A stretch of 64,000 nucleotides of DNA. Source: Allomuricauda sp. (lineage in GTDB: Bacteria; Bacteroidota; Bacteroidia; Flavobacteriales; Flavobacteriaceae). The translations under genes were made by a program, and so were the position numbers. Position 1 is the stretch's first letter. Every line of letters starts with the position of its first letter. Shown one piece after another: positions 9,292 to 18,827 of the stretch. The stretch lies in NCBI GenBank assembly GCA_048270465.1, contig JBLWSV010000003.1:96843-160842 (forward strand). The letters are read 5' to 3'. The notes beneath the pieces are model-generated. The model was not told where the DNA came from. It saw only the letters and a list, made by a program, of their open reading frames with translations, and made no database searches.

Positions 9292-10329
9292 CTAAATTTT
9301 AAATGTCTTGATGAAATCGGCGATCAAAACCGGAACGGGAAAGGTGAATGTGTCGCTCCAATGGATTCCATTTTCCAAGGTCTCGGCAGTTTTGGCAATC
9401 CAAAATTTGGTGTGTAAATGCTGATGGGACAATTTATGGACTATGGGTTCATTATTATATAATGAAAGATCTTTCACTATGGGAAGGCCGTTTTTGTCCT
9501 CGATTTTTTGCATTAGGTCCTGTTCACGGAATTCCTGTTGGGATTCCACCAAGGGAAACTGATAGAGGTTCTGCCATATTCCCTTCCCTTGCCGTTGTTC
9601 CATCAAAGTATTGTTCTCCCTGTCCAAAAAAACCAAATAGTTGAAGTGCCTGTTCCTCACTTTGGTCTTGTTCTGCTTTATGGGCAGGGCATCCACCCTG
9701 TTTTCTTTTAGGGCCATACAGCTTTCGTTTAGCGGGCAAAGTAAACAATAGGGCTTTTTGGGCGCACATTGTATCGCCCCGAACTCCATGATGCCCTGGT
9801 TGTAGTCCCGTATGTTTTCGGCATCCATGACTTCCCTGGCCAATTCCTTGAAATATTTGCTGCCTTCCGTACTGTTTATGGGGAGGTCCACCCCAAAATA
9901 TCGTGCCAGCACCCGGTACACATTGCCATCAACCACAGGTTCGGGGAGATCAAAACAGAAGGAAGCAATGGCACTGGCGGTATAATCGCCCACCCCTTTC
10001 AAAGCTTTCAGTCCCTCATAAGTTTGCGGAAACAAGCCATCAAATTCGGTGTCCACCATTTTTGCAGTGGCATGTAGGTTGCGTGCCCGGGAATAGTACC
10101 CAAGGCCCTGCCAGAGTTTCAATACCTGTTCCTCTGGAGCTGATGCCAGGTCGTGGACGGTGGGGAAGGCTTCGACGAACCTCTGGTAATAAGGCATGCC
10201 CTGTGCCACACGAGTCTGTTGCAGCATGATTTCGGATAGCCAGATTTTATAAGGGTCACGGGTTTTGCGCCACGGAAGGTCCCGTTTGTGTTCACCGTAC
10301 CATTTCAAAATTTTATGGGAAAAAGACAT
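9292..10329 (-). CDS. mutY: A/G-specific adenine glycosylase
   Basis: WLSEIMLQQT, GLGYYSRARN, LKGVGDYTA (HhH), VDGNVYRV, 4Fe-4S Cys cluster CAPKKPYCLLCPLNESC. Confidence 0.96.
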   Translation of the reverse strand: MSFSHKILKWYGEHKRDLPWRKTRDPYKIWLSEIMLQQTRVAQGMPYYQRFVEAFPTVHDLASAPEEQVLKLWQGLGYYSRARNLHATAKMVDTEFDGLFPQTYEGLKALKGVGDYTASAIASFCFDLPEPVVDGNVYRVLARYFGVDLPINSTEGSKYFKELAREVMDAENIRDYNQGIMEFGAIQCAPKKPYCLLCPLNESCMALKENRVDALPIKQNKTKVRNRHFNYLVFLDRENNTLMEQRQGKGIWQNLYQFPLVESQQEFREQDLMQKIEDKNGLPIVKDLSLYNNEPIVHKLSHQHLHTKFWIAKTAETLENGIHWSDTFTFPVPVLIADFIKTFKI

Positions 10330-10410
10330 GCAAAAAAATACTATGTCCCAAATGTATCAGTTTATATACTTAAAATTAAAGGGTTTAAACGAAAGATTAA
10401 TTTTAATTTT

Positions 10411-10418
10411 TATATTTG
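10411..10418 (+). promoter_or_regulatory. Bacteroidota primary-sigma -7 element for HU/bS22
   Basis: TATATTTG matches TAnnTTTG, 34 nt before the HU ATG. Confidence 0.65.
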
Positions 10419-10452
10419 CAAGCCTAAAAAAAATAGAAAACAATTAGACGAA

Positions 10453-10743
10453 ATGACGAAAGCAGATATTGTAACTAGGATCTCAGAAAAACTAGGTATT
10501 GAAAAAGGAGACGTGCAAGCAACAGTGGAATCTTTTATGGAGGAGGTGAAATCGTCCTTGGAAAATGGAGACAATGTATATTTAAGAGGTTTTGGTAGCT
10601 TTATCATCAAGACCCGGGCCGAAAAGACAGGTAGGAACATTTCAAAGAACACTACCATCAAAATCCCCGCACACAATATCCCTGCCTTCAAACCCGCAAA
10701 AGTTTTTGTGGAAGGCGTAAAGAGCAATGTACAAGTAAAATAA
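10453..10743 (+). CDS. hup: HU/IHF family DNA-binding protein
   Basis: True start ATG 10453 (MTKADIV); VYLRGFGSF, GRNISKNTTIKIPAHNIPAFKPA. Confidence 0.92.
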   Translation: MTKADIVTRISEKLGIEKGDVQATVESFMEEVKSSLENGDNVYLRGFGSFIIKTRAEKTGRNISKNTTIKIPAHNIPAFKPAKVFVEGVKSNVQVK

Positions 10744-10769
10744 TATAAACACACTAAAGGAAGAGCCAT

Positions 10770-10859
10770 ATGCCGAGTGGAAAGAAAAGAAAAAGACATA
10801 AGGTAGCCACACACAAGCGTAAAAAACGCAGAAGAGCTAACCGACACAAGAAAAAGTAG
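10770..10859 (+). CDS. 29-aa basic protein, 30S ribosomal protein bS22 (AURKAIP1/COX24-like)
   Basis: Read manually, below ORF-track cutoff: MPSGKKRKRHKVATHKRKKRRRANRHKKK*; resembles the bS22 I recall from Flavobacterium. Confidence 0.8.
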   Translation: MPSGKKRKRHKVATHKRKKRRRANRHKKK

Positions 10860-10878
10860 TTGTCTGCAACTACTTTTT
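10851..10878 (+). terminator. Intrinsic terminator after bS22
   Basis: AAAAAGTAGTTG-TCTG-CAACTACTTTTT, overlapping the stop codon. Confidence 0.75.
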
Positions 10879-11015
10879 CATTTTACATCCATACGTTCTT
10901 TGACATAGAGATTCAAGAAACGAATTTCAGTCGGTCCGAAAAATGACCGATTACACATATTGTTTAATCAATTATCCCAAACCTATTCCATTGGGATAAT
11001 CTAAAATCGATTCAG

Positions 11016-12569
11016 GTGAATAGAGAATTAATTGTTAGATCTAGTCCTGAAGCAGTCGATTTTGCCTTACTTAAGGATGGAAAACTTATAGAATTACACA
11101 AAGAAGAGGACAACAACAACTTTTCCGTAGGGGATATCTTCCTAGCCAAGATCAGAAAACCCGTTACCGGCCTAAATGCGGCATTTGTCAATGTAGGTTA
11201 TGAAAAAGATGCGTTCCTGCACTACCATGACCTTGGTCCGCAACTGTCCTCCATGCTAAACTTCATCAAAAAAGCCCGAACAGGCAAATTGAAGGATTAC
11301 ACACTCAAAGATTTTCCATTTGAAAAAGACATTGACAAGAATGGCAGCATCAACGATGTGATCAAGGCCAATCAGTCATTATTGGTACAAATAGTAAAAG
11401 AACCCATTTCCACCAAGGGCCCCAGGATCAGCTCCGAGCTGTCCATCGCAGGCCGCTACTTGGTCATGGTCCCATTTTCAGACAGGGTCTCGGTATCGCA
11501 AAAGATAGCGAGCAAGGAAGAAAAGGACAGGCTCATCAGACTCGTCAAGAGCATCAAGCCAAAAGGATTTGGAGTCATTATCCGTACCGTTGCAGAAGGC
11601 AAAAAAGTTGCAGAACTGGACAAAGATCTTCAGAACTTGCAATCCAAATGGATAGCAATGTGCAAGAAATTGCAGAGAGCCCCCCACCCATCCAAAGTAT
11701 TGGTGGAACTCAACCGGGCCTCATCCATCCTAAGGGATGTATTCAACGATTCCTTTACCGGAATTTATGTTGATGAAGAAACACTTTACAATCAAATAAA
11801 GGATTATGTGCATGAAATTGCACCGGAAAAAGAATCCATTGTAAAGTTATATACCGGTTCTTCTCCCATTTTTGAAAAATTTGGGATAGAGCGCCAGATC
11901 AAGACCTCCTTTGGAAAAACAGCTTCCATGAGCCGGGGTGCATACTTGGTCATCGAGCACACTGAAGCACTGCACGTAATAGACGTGAACAGCGGAAACC
12001 GCTCCAACAAGGCCAAGAACCAAGAAGACACCGCTTTGGAAGTCAATATGTTGGCCGCGACCGAAATTGCTAGACAATTACGCCTGCGCGACATGGGCGG
12101 AATCATTGTGGTGGATTTTATAGATATGACCCGTGGCGATCACAGGAGAAAACTCTTCGATCACCTAAGGAACGAAATGAAGGACGATCGGGCAAAACAC
12201 AAAATACTGCCCCCCAGCAAGTTTGGACTTGTACAGATTACAAGGCAGCGGGTACGTCCGGAAATGAACATCAAGACCAGTGAGGAAAACCCCAACGGTA
12301 CCGGTACCGAAGTGGAAGCCCCCATTGTATTGATCCAAAAAATCCAATCAGATCTGGAACGAATCCTGAAAAGTGACCAAAAGAACAATGGTATTGTACT
12401 GAACATACATCCATTTATTGCGGCCTACCTCACCAAAGGATTCCCTTCCATCCGTTCCAAATGGTTCAAAACCTATAAAAAATGGATAAAGGTCCAACCT
12501 AGGGATGCCTACACCTACCTTGAGTATCATTTTAAGGATAAGGATGGCAAAAAAATAAACCCTCAATAA
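11016..12569 (+). CDS. rng: Rne/Rng family ribonuclease (RNase G/E)
   Basis: GTG start; S1 domain AAFVNVG, VQIVKEPISTKGPR, IDVNSG, RQLRLRDMGGIIVVDFIDM. Confidence 0.92.
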   Translation: MNRELIVRSSPEAVDFALLKDGKLIELHKEEDNNNFSVGDIFLAKIRKPVTGLNAAFVNVGYEKDAFLHYHDLGPQLSSMLNFIKKARTGKLKDYTLKDFPFEKDIDKNGSINDVIKANQSLLVQIVKEPISTKGPRISSELSIAGRYLVMVPFSDRVSVSQKIASKEEKDRLIRLVKSIKPKGFGVIIRTVAEGKKVAELDKDLQNLQSKWIAMCKKLQRAPHPSKVLVELNRASSILRDVFNDSFTGIYVDEETLYNQIKDYVHEIAPEKESIVKLYTGSSPIFEKFGIERQIKTSFGKTASMSRGAYLVIEHTEALHVIDVNSGNRSNKAKNQEDTALEVNMLAATEIARQLRLRDMGGIIVVDFIDMTRGDHRRKLFDHLRNEMKDDRAKHKILPPSKFGLVQITRQRVRPEMNIKTSEENPNGTGTEVEAPIVLIQKIQSDLERILKSDQKNNGIVLNIHPFIAAYLTKGFPSIRSKWFKTYKKWIKVQPRDAYTYLEYHFKDKDGKKINPQ

Positions 12570-12604
12570 CAAAAAGCGACTCCAGAAACGGGGTCGCTTT
12601 TTTG
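12570..12604 (+). terminator. Intrinsic terminator
   Basis: AAAAAGCGACTCC-AGAAAC-GGGGTCGCTTTTTT directly after the rng stop. Confidence 0.85.
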
Positions 12605-12664
12605 TTTTTAAGGTATTCCATACAAAATACTACTTTTGAAAAATCACCAACTTTTTGAACAGCC

Positions 12665-15034
12665 ATGAAACCCATATACATTTTTCTTTTTGTCCTGCTC
12701 ATTACCGCTTGCTCCACAAAATCACCAAAGCCCATTTCTGGCTTATTGGAAGACGTACCGTCCATTAACGGAACATCGGCCTATCTGGGTTCTCCCTATG
12801 TTACGGCTGGCGATAGGGTTTACATGGTAGGGCACCAAGATGGCAGCTTCCCACCACTGGGCTGGCACATTAAAGGAGAAATGGGCGGTATTTGGAACCA
12901 CCCCATCAAACTTATGGATGGTTTTGATACGGAACTCACTTTGGAAAACAGCTCACTTTCACTGGACAAAGCAAACAGCTTTGTCAATTTTCCCTTTGCC
13001 AACAAGCATTATTTTGAATTTCCAGAAAATGAAATCATCGTGGAACGCCTACAGTTTGTTCCTGATGGGGCACAGGGTGTTTTCGTTCAATTTGTTATAA
13101 AAAACACTGGCCAGCGAACCCAAAAAGGAAAATTCCGTTTCACGGGACACACCGATCTGAGACCTACTTGGCTGGGGGAACGCACACAGATGGTGGACGG
13201 ACAGGACCAAGGCACTTACCAAGATGGGAAATGGATTGTCAAGGACGCAGAAAACCCATGGTTCAACATCTTTGGAGCTGACCAAATGCCGGAAACTTTC
13301 CTATCCAATGAAACTGGGATCGGAAAAAACGGACAAACCAATACGTTGATCTATCCCATAGAAATCTACGGAGGTTCGACACAGATATTGAATTTTGCAA
13401 TGGCCGGTTCTTATACTTCACTTGAAGATGCCCAAAGAAACTACGCTGATATCCACAAAAATTATTTCGGCATGGCCGAGAAGAAGAAACTGCGCTATGA
13501 ACAACTGGCCCAACAATCCAAACTGACCCTTCCCGACAAGCAACTCCAACAGACTTTTGAGTGGCTCAAATACAATTGCGACTGGCTGGTGCGCACCGTT
13601 CCCGAAATAGGCACGGGCATTGGGGCAGGCATTCCCGACTATCCATGGTGGTTCGGGGTGGACAGCGAGTATGCCCTCAAAGGATATATGGCCATAGGAC
13701 AAGAGGATGTTGTTGAAAAAACGATAAAACTTTTGGACAGTGTTTCCATGGCCATCAATGGCAATGGCAGGATCTTGCATGAAATGTCCACCAATGGAGC
13801 TGTTTTCAATGAAGGCAATATCAACGAAACCCCGCAATTTGCTTCTTTGGTCTGGGAAATATATACATGGAACGGGGACAAAGAGTTCCTCAAAAAATAC
13901 TTCCCCACCGTTCAAAAAGGCCTGAAATGGTTGCTGGATGAAAACGACAGTGACCAAAACCTGTTCCCCGATGGTTTTGGCATGATGGAAATCCATGGTC
14001 TGGACAGTGAAATGATCGATGTGGCTTCCTATACCCAACAGGCTTTCGAAGACGCTTCAAGGATGGCCACAGAGCTGGGAAAAACAGCATTGGAAGAACA
14101 ATATGCGGAACTTGCAGAAAAGTTGGCCAAAAAAATCAATGATGAATTCTGGTCGGAGGAATTTGGATCCTACGCAGATTTTATCGGAACCGATGAGCAG
14201 GCCATCCATCTCATCGACGATGCCATCATCCGTGCAGATACGCTCAACAAGCCATGGGCAGTGGAAGAACTGAAAGCCACAAAACAACAAATTTTGGACA
14301 ATCCTTCTAAAAAACCGAGACCTTTTGTGCTTCACCATAATTGGGTGGTGAACACACCCATGGAAATGGGACTGGCCGACTCGGTGAAAGCAATAACCGC
14401 TCTGGACAACGCCAAAAAGTTCACCAACCCCTTTGGCGTGTTCGTAACGGGGATCGATAGGGACGAATCTGCCGGACAGGATTTTGGTTCCTTCAAAGGG
14501 AGCAAGGTGTTCTCCTACACAGGTGCCGTCATGACCTTGCCCACCGGAGTCCAGGCCATTTCAGAGAACAATTATGGCCGCCCCGACGAAGCCCTTGACT
14601 ATCTCAAAAGAATGACCAGAACCTTCAGCTATGCACTCCCGGGCAGCATGTACGAGGTATCCCCCGATTATGGAATGATGGCCCAGGCATGGAACATCTA
14701 CGCTTTTGCCATTCCCATTGTGAAACAGTTTTTTGGCATAACCCCAATGGCCCATGAAAAAACAGTGATCATTGAACCACAGATGCCCAAGGAGTGGGAC
14801 AAGGCCTCATTGGAGAATGTAACAGTGGGTGACAATGAAATCTCCATTTGGTATGAAAACAAGAATGGAAAACTTCAAATCAAAGCACAACAATCCAATC
14901 CGGGTTGGCAGATAAAGTTGATTTTACCCAAAGATGACTATTCAACTACCGAAGGGAATCCAGAAGTACTATCAGGAGGTAGTTTTCAAACTTTTGTCAC
15001 TTCGGAAGAAACATTGACCGTGACCAAAACTTGA
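12665..15034 (+). CDS. Lipoprotein glycoside hydrolase, six-hairpin (amylo-alpha-1,6-glucosidase/GDE-like)
   Basis: 789 aa; lipobox ITAC; AGIPDYPWWFGVD resembles GDE C-domain AG-PWF-GRD; GSMYEVSPD..QAW near C-terminus. Confidence 0.7.
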   Translation: MKPIYIFLFVLLITACSTKSPKPISGLLEDVPSINGTSAYLGSPYVTAGDRVYMVGHQDGSFPPLGWHIKGEMGGIWNHPIKLMDGFDTELTLENSSLSLDKANSFVNFPFANKHYFEFPENEIIVERLQFVPDGAQGVFVQFVIKNTGQRTQKGKFRFTGHTDLRPTWLGERTQMVDGQDQGTYQDGKWIVKDAENPWFNIFGADQMPETFLSNETGIGKNGQTNTLIYPIEIYGGSTQILNFAMAGSYTSLEDAQRNYADIHKNYFGMAEKKKLRYEQLAQQSKLTLPDKQLQQTFEWLKYNCDWLVRTVPEIGTGIGAGIPDYPWWFGVDSEYALKGYMAIGQEDVVEKTIKLLDSVSMAINGNGRILHEMSTNGAVFNEGNINETPQFASLVWEIYTWNGDKEFLKKYFPTVQKGLKWLLDENDSDQNLFPDGFGMMEIHGLDSEMIDVASYTQQAFEDASRMATELGKTALEEQYAELAEKLAKKINDEFWSEEFGSYADFIGTDEQAIHLIDDAIIRADTLNKPWAVEELKATKQQILDNPSKKPRPFVLHHNWVVNTPMEMGLADSVKAITALDNAKKFTNPFGVFVTGIDRDESAGQDFGSFKGSKVFSYTGAVMTLPTGVQAISENNYGRPDEALDYLKRMTRTFSYALPGSMYEVSPDYGMMAQAWNIYAFAIPIVKQFFGITPMAHEKTVIIEPQMPKEWDKASLENVTVGDNEISIWYENKNGKLQIKAQQSNPGWQIKLILPKDDYSTTEGNPEVLSGGSFQTFVTSEETLTVTKT

Positions 15035-15037
15035 AAA

Positions 15038-15535
15038 ATGACAGACCCATTTCCCAAAAGAGAATATTTTTCTGTAGCCGATGCCACCAAAAAATTGGAG
15101 CATTATTGTGCCTACCAAGAGCGATGTCATTATGAAGTGGCAGAAAAACTTAAGGGGATGAACATGATCCCCGAAGCGATAGACCAAATTGTGGGACACC
15201 TCATCCAAGAAAACTACTTGAACGAGGAACGGTTCGCCAAAAGTTTTGCAAGGGGAAAGTTCAATATTAAAAAATGGGGGAAAAATAGAATTGTCAGGGA
15301 ATTGAAGCTACGCCAGATATCGGTGTTCAACATCAAGAGCGCGCTCAAGGAAATTGACAATGCCCAATATGTACAGACCCTCGATGATCTTGCCAAAAAG
15401 AGACTCGCGCAGATCAGGGAGACCAATGTCCAAAAGAAAAAGAAAAAATTGGCAGATTACCTGCTGTACCGCGGTTGGGAAAGCCACTTGGTCTATGAAA
15501 AAATTACTGAACTTATTGCGGACAAAACCGTTTAG
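15038..15535 (+). CDS. recX: RecA regulator RecX
   Basis: YCAYQERC, YLNEERFAKSF, WGKNRIVREL, YLLYRGW. Confidence 0.9.
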   Translation: MTDPFPKREYFSVADATKKLEHYCAYQERCHYEVAEKLKGMNMIPEAIDQIVGHLIQENYLNEERFAKSFARGKFNIKKWGKNRIVRELKLRQISVFNIKSALKEIDNAQYVQTLDDLAKKRLAQIRETNVQKKKKKLADYLLYRGWESHLVYEKITELIADKTV

Positions 15536-16407
15536 GTCCACTTTTGCGTCATCACTTTTTCGGTGCGCAGAATGGCTTGCTCATTTTTCCAGTCAATCCA
15601 CTGTTGGCCTTTCAACTTCCGCATCAGGTTGTCAAAATGGCGCATAAAAAATATGTTGTAAACGGCCTGCCCAAAATTTTTGGGCTTTCTGGCTATGGCT
15701 CGCAAACTCATAGAAAAACCAGGTGTAATGTACTTCATGTAGTGCCAATACCCTTCGGGTATATAGAGTATGTTTCCGTGTTCCAATTGGGCAATGTGTC
15801 CCTTGGCATGTCGTAAGGCCGGCCATTTTTCAAGGTCGGGGTCATCAAAATCGATATCTTCCCTTGTAATCAAGGAATGTGGGATTTTATACAGGAATTT
15901 GGTCTCGGACTGCGCATACAGAATGCACTGTTTTTTTCCTTCAAAATGAAAATGGAAGATGTTGGCCAAATCGATATCGTAATGCATGAAAGTGTACGAA
16001 TCCTCTCCCCCAAAAAACAACATGGGCAGGCCTTTCATCAATCGTAAACCGAAATCGGGATATTGGAAGTCCTTTTGGAGTTCGGGCACTTCCTTTAAAA
16101 TGTTCCAAAGAAAAATACGGTACCTTGTTGGGCCACTCTTCAACAGATCCACATAATCCGTCATCCTCATTTTGGCATGGGGCTGGTTGAATCCTTCATC
16201 ATGCTTGACCGGACGATCATCATACAAAGGTACTTCCTTGTCGCCCGCAATTTTCTTCATGTAGTCGAGACTCCATTTGGAATAAGCTGGCCAATCCTCA
16301 ATAAACCGCTCGATCACTACAGGCTTTTGGGGCTTGAAATATTTTTGGATAAACTCCTTTCTGGTAAGAGTTGTCTCCCGAGGTATCTGTTCAAGATTCA
16401 GCTTCAA
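15532..16407 (-). CDS. JmjC/cupin-like Fe(II)/2-oxoglutarate-dependent oxygenase
   Basis: TTG start; KPVVIERFIEDWPA, HYD (HxD), GKK, LYIPEGYWH (distal His). Confidence 0.85.
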   Translation of the reverse strand: MKLNLEQIPRETTLTRKEFIQKYFKPQKPVVIERFIEDWPAYSKWSLDYMKKIAGDKEVPLYDDRPVKHDEGFNQPHAKMRMTDYVDLLKSGPTRYRIFLWNILKEVPELQKDFQYPDFGLRLMKGLPMLFFGGEDSYTFMHYDIDLANIFHFHFEGKKQCILYAQSETKFLYKIPHSLITREDIDFDDPDLEKWPALRHAKGHIAQLEHGNILYIPEGYWHYMKYITPGFSMSLRAIARKPKNFGQAVYNIFFMRHFDNLMRKLKGQQWIDWKNEQAILRTEKVMTQKWT

Positions 16408-16465
16408 GATTTCAAGGAATTAGAAACCGCTAAATTACTAAAACGTTTTGAAATGGTTATGGGAG

Positions 16466-17566
16466 CTATCCCTTGGAGACCAATTTGCCTTTCTCCTTGG
16501 CCGCTTCATTTCTGTCGATCACATGTCCTGGTCTTGACCATTTTGGCTTTTCACCCATGGGCACATATTCGGAATCGTTTGCTTCAACAGTTTGGGGCTG
16601 CGGAGCCTTCACAAATGCTTTTTGTGGATTAAGTCCCAGTTGTTTGAACATTTCCATGTCCTCGTTTACATCGGGATTTGGCGTGGTAAGCAACTTATCC
16701 CCGGCAAAAATGGAGTTGGCTCCGGCAAAAAAGCACAATGCCTGCCCTTCCCTGCTCATGCCCGTCCTTCCAGCAGATAACCTCACCTGTGTCTGCGGCA
16801 TAACGATCCGGGTCGTGGCCACCATACGGATCATTTCCCAGATTTCCACCGGCTTCTGATCTTCCATCGGTGTGCCTTCCACTGCGACCAATGCATTGAT
16901 GGGGACAGATTCCGGCTGTGGGTTCAATGTGGACAGTGCCACCAACATTCCTGCACGGTCTTCCACCGATTCCCCCATCCCGATGATTCCCCCACTGCAA
17001 ACGGTAACATTCGTTTTTCGAACATTCTCTATGGTCTGGAGACGATCTTCGTACCCTCTTGTGGAGATTACTTCCTTATAATATTCCTCAGAAGTGTCCA
17101 AGTTGTGGTTATAGGCATACAATCCTGCTTCGGCCAGTCTTTTGGCTTGGTTTTCGGTGACCATACCCAGGGTGCAGCACACTTCCATGTCCAATTTATT
17201 GATGGTACGTACCATTTCCAATACCTGATCAAACTCGGGGCCGTCCTTAACGTTTCGCCATGCAGCACCCATACAGACCCTTGAGCTACCCGAGGCCTTG
17301 GCGCGGAGCGCTTGGGCTTTTACCTGCTGAACGGACATCAAGTCGTTCCCTTCAACATTGGTGTGGTACCGTGCTGCCTGTGGGCAATAGCCACAATCTT
17401 CGGGACAGCCCCCTGTTTTTATGGAAAGCAAGGTAGATACCTGCACGGTATTGGGGTCGTGATATGCCCTGTGCACAGTGGCCGCTTCATACAGCAGTTC
17501 CATTAAGGGCTTGTTATATATATCCAGAATTTCTTCCTTGGTCCAGTTATGTCTTGTACTGTTCAT
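16466..17566 (-). CDS. bioB: Biotin synthase
   Basis: Radical-SAM [54 protein letters not shown]. Confidence 0.97.
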   Translation of the reverse strand: MNSTRHNWTKEEILDIYNKPLMELLYEAATVHRAYHDPNTVQVSTLLSIKTGGCPEDCGYCPQAARYHTNVEGNDLMSVQQVKAQALRAKASGSSRVCMGAAWRNVKDGPEFDQVLEMVRTINKLDMEVCCTLGMVTENQAKRLAEAGLYAYNHNLDTSEEYYKEVISTRGYEDRLQTIENVRKTNVTVCSGGIIGMGESVEDRAGMLVALSTLNPQPESVPINALVAVEGTPMEDQKPVEIWEMIRMVATTRIVMPQTQVRLSAGRTGMSREGQALCFFAGANSIFAGDKLLTTPNPDVNEDMEMFKQLGLNPQKAFVKAPQPQTVEANDSEYVPMGEKPKWSRPGHVIDRNEAAKEKGKLVSKG

Positions 17567-17585
17567 ATTTCTTGGGTCTCTGTTT

Positions 17586-17593
17586 CAAAAGTA
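17586..17593 (-). promoter_or_regulatory. -7 element, internal promoter for bioB
   Basis: TACTTTTG on minus strand, 19 nt before the bioB ATG. Confidence 0.55.
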
Positions 17594-17630
17594 AGGCATT
17601 CCATCCATAAAATGGAATAGAGGTCTTTTT

Positions 17631-18818
17631 TTAAGAATCTGGTCTTCTGTTCAGCAATATACTAACGGCATTCCCCCCAAAACCCACAGCATTGACCAAC
17701 ACTTTGTTTATTTGGTTTGACGGGGCTTGGTTCCCAAAAAAGGGAGAGGCAATGTAGTGTTGTTTTTGGAGCATCATCACGGCCATTTCCAAGCTCAACA
17801 GTCCCGAAGCACCAAAGGTGTGTCCCACTTTCCATTTGTTGGTGGTCAAAAATGGATGGTCATTGCCAAATACTTTTTTTATGGCATTGTATTCCGATAC
17901 ATCTCCTTTTACGGTCCCAGGAGCGTGCATTACCACGGCATCGACTTCTGATGGGTCCAAACGGCCCAAGGCCATTCTCATGGCATCTTGAAAACATTGG
18001 GCATCGGTGCTTATGGAAACGCTGTGTTGCAAGGGTTCGGTGGCATAACCCACCCCTCCCACAAATGCGAAGGCATTTGTTTTGGATCCTTTTTCCAAAC
18101 AGGCCAATCCTGCGGCCTCTCCCAACACCATGGTATTCTGTGTTTTATGAAGGTCCATGGCTCTGCAGGGGTACTCATCTCTCGACTGCGCTGGAAATGA
18201 CACCTTGGAATAAACTTTTAAGGCCTGCATTTGGGCAATAGTGAACGGAGTCAAGGGGGCTTCGCTGCCTCCAACCAAAAATTTGTCCGCCATGCCGCTC
18301 TGTATCCAGGCTACGGCATTCAAAACCGCATGAAGTGCCGTGGAGCAGGTAATGGAATGTGAGATTTCAGGTCCTTTGGATTTTAAATCGTGGGCCACCC
18401 ACGATGAAATGTTGCCCAAAGTGGTCGAAGGTGATGATAAGGTAGAAGATTTTCTCGCTGTCAAAAACTCTTGGTGGTATTTTTCAAAAAGAGAGGTTGC
18501 ACCCCGTGACGAACCGATATTGATGCCAAAATGGGAACCTTCGTCCCAACTGGCCCTTTCTACCGCACTTCTTGCAGCATAGATGGCAAACAATACCGAG
18601 TCATCCAAAAACCTGTACTTGGCATCGGATTGTCGCAGATCCTCAATTTCCTTTTTTATTGCTTTGGGCAATTGGGACGCCCAAACCGATTGTTCCCCAA
18701 TCCTGACATCTTCCAAAAAATGTTCATCGCTCTGGTAGGATTGCCAGATTTCATCAAAGGTTTGTCCCATTGACGAGATGGAGGTAATGGCCGTTATGGA
18801 AATGGGTTCTTTCAACAT
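17631..18818 (-). CDS. Beta-ketoacyl-ACP synthase, FabF/FabB type
   Basis: Cys-His-His triad: SITCST, MHAPGT, KVGHTFGASG; C-terminal NAVGFGG; 9 nt after the bioA stop. Confidence 0.88.
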   Translation of the reverse strand: MLKEPISITAITSISSMGQTFDEIWQSYQSDEHFLEDVRIGEQSVWASQLPKAIKKEIEDLRQSDAKYRFLDDSVLFAIYAARSAVERASWDEGSHFGINIGSSRGATSLFEKYHQEFLTARKSSTLSSPSTTLGNISSWVAHDLKSKGPEISHSITCSTALHAVLNAVAWIQSGMADKFLVGGSEAPLTPFTIAQMQALKVYSKVSFPAQSRDEYPCRAMDLHKTQNTMVLGEAAGLACLEKGSKTNAFAFVGGVGYATEPLQHSVSISTDAQCFQDAMRMALGRLDPSEVDAVVMHAPGTVKGDVSEYNAIKKVFGNDHPFLTTNKWKVGHTFGASGLLSLEMAVMMLQKQHYIASPFFGNQAPSNQINKVLVNAVGFGGNAVSILLNRRPDS

Positions 18819-18827
18819 ATTCTAACC

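Noticed and set aside
10288-10452. 55-aa N-terminal extension of HU in the ORF track
   Set aside because: Overlaps the mutY start and lies upstream of the TATATTTG promoter element; family N-terminus begins at ATG 10453
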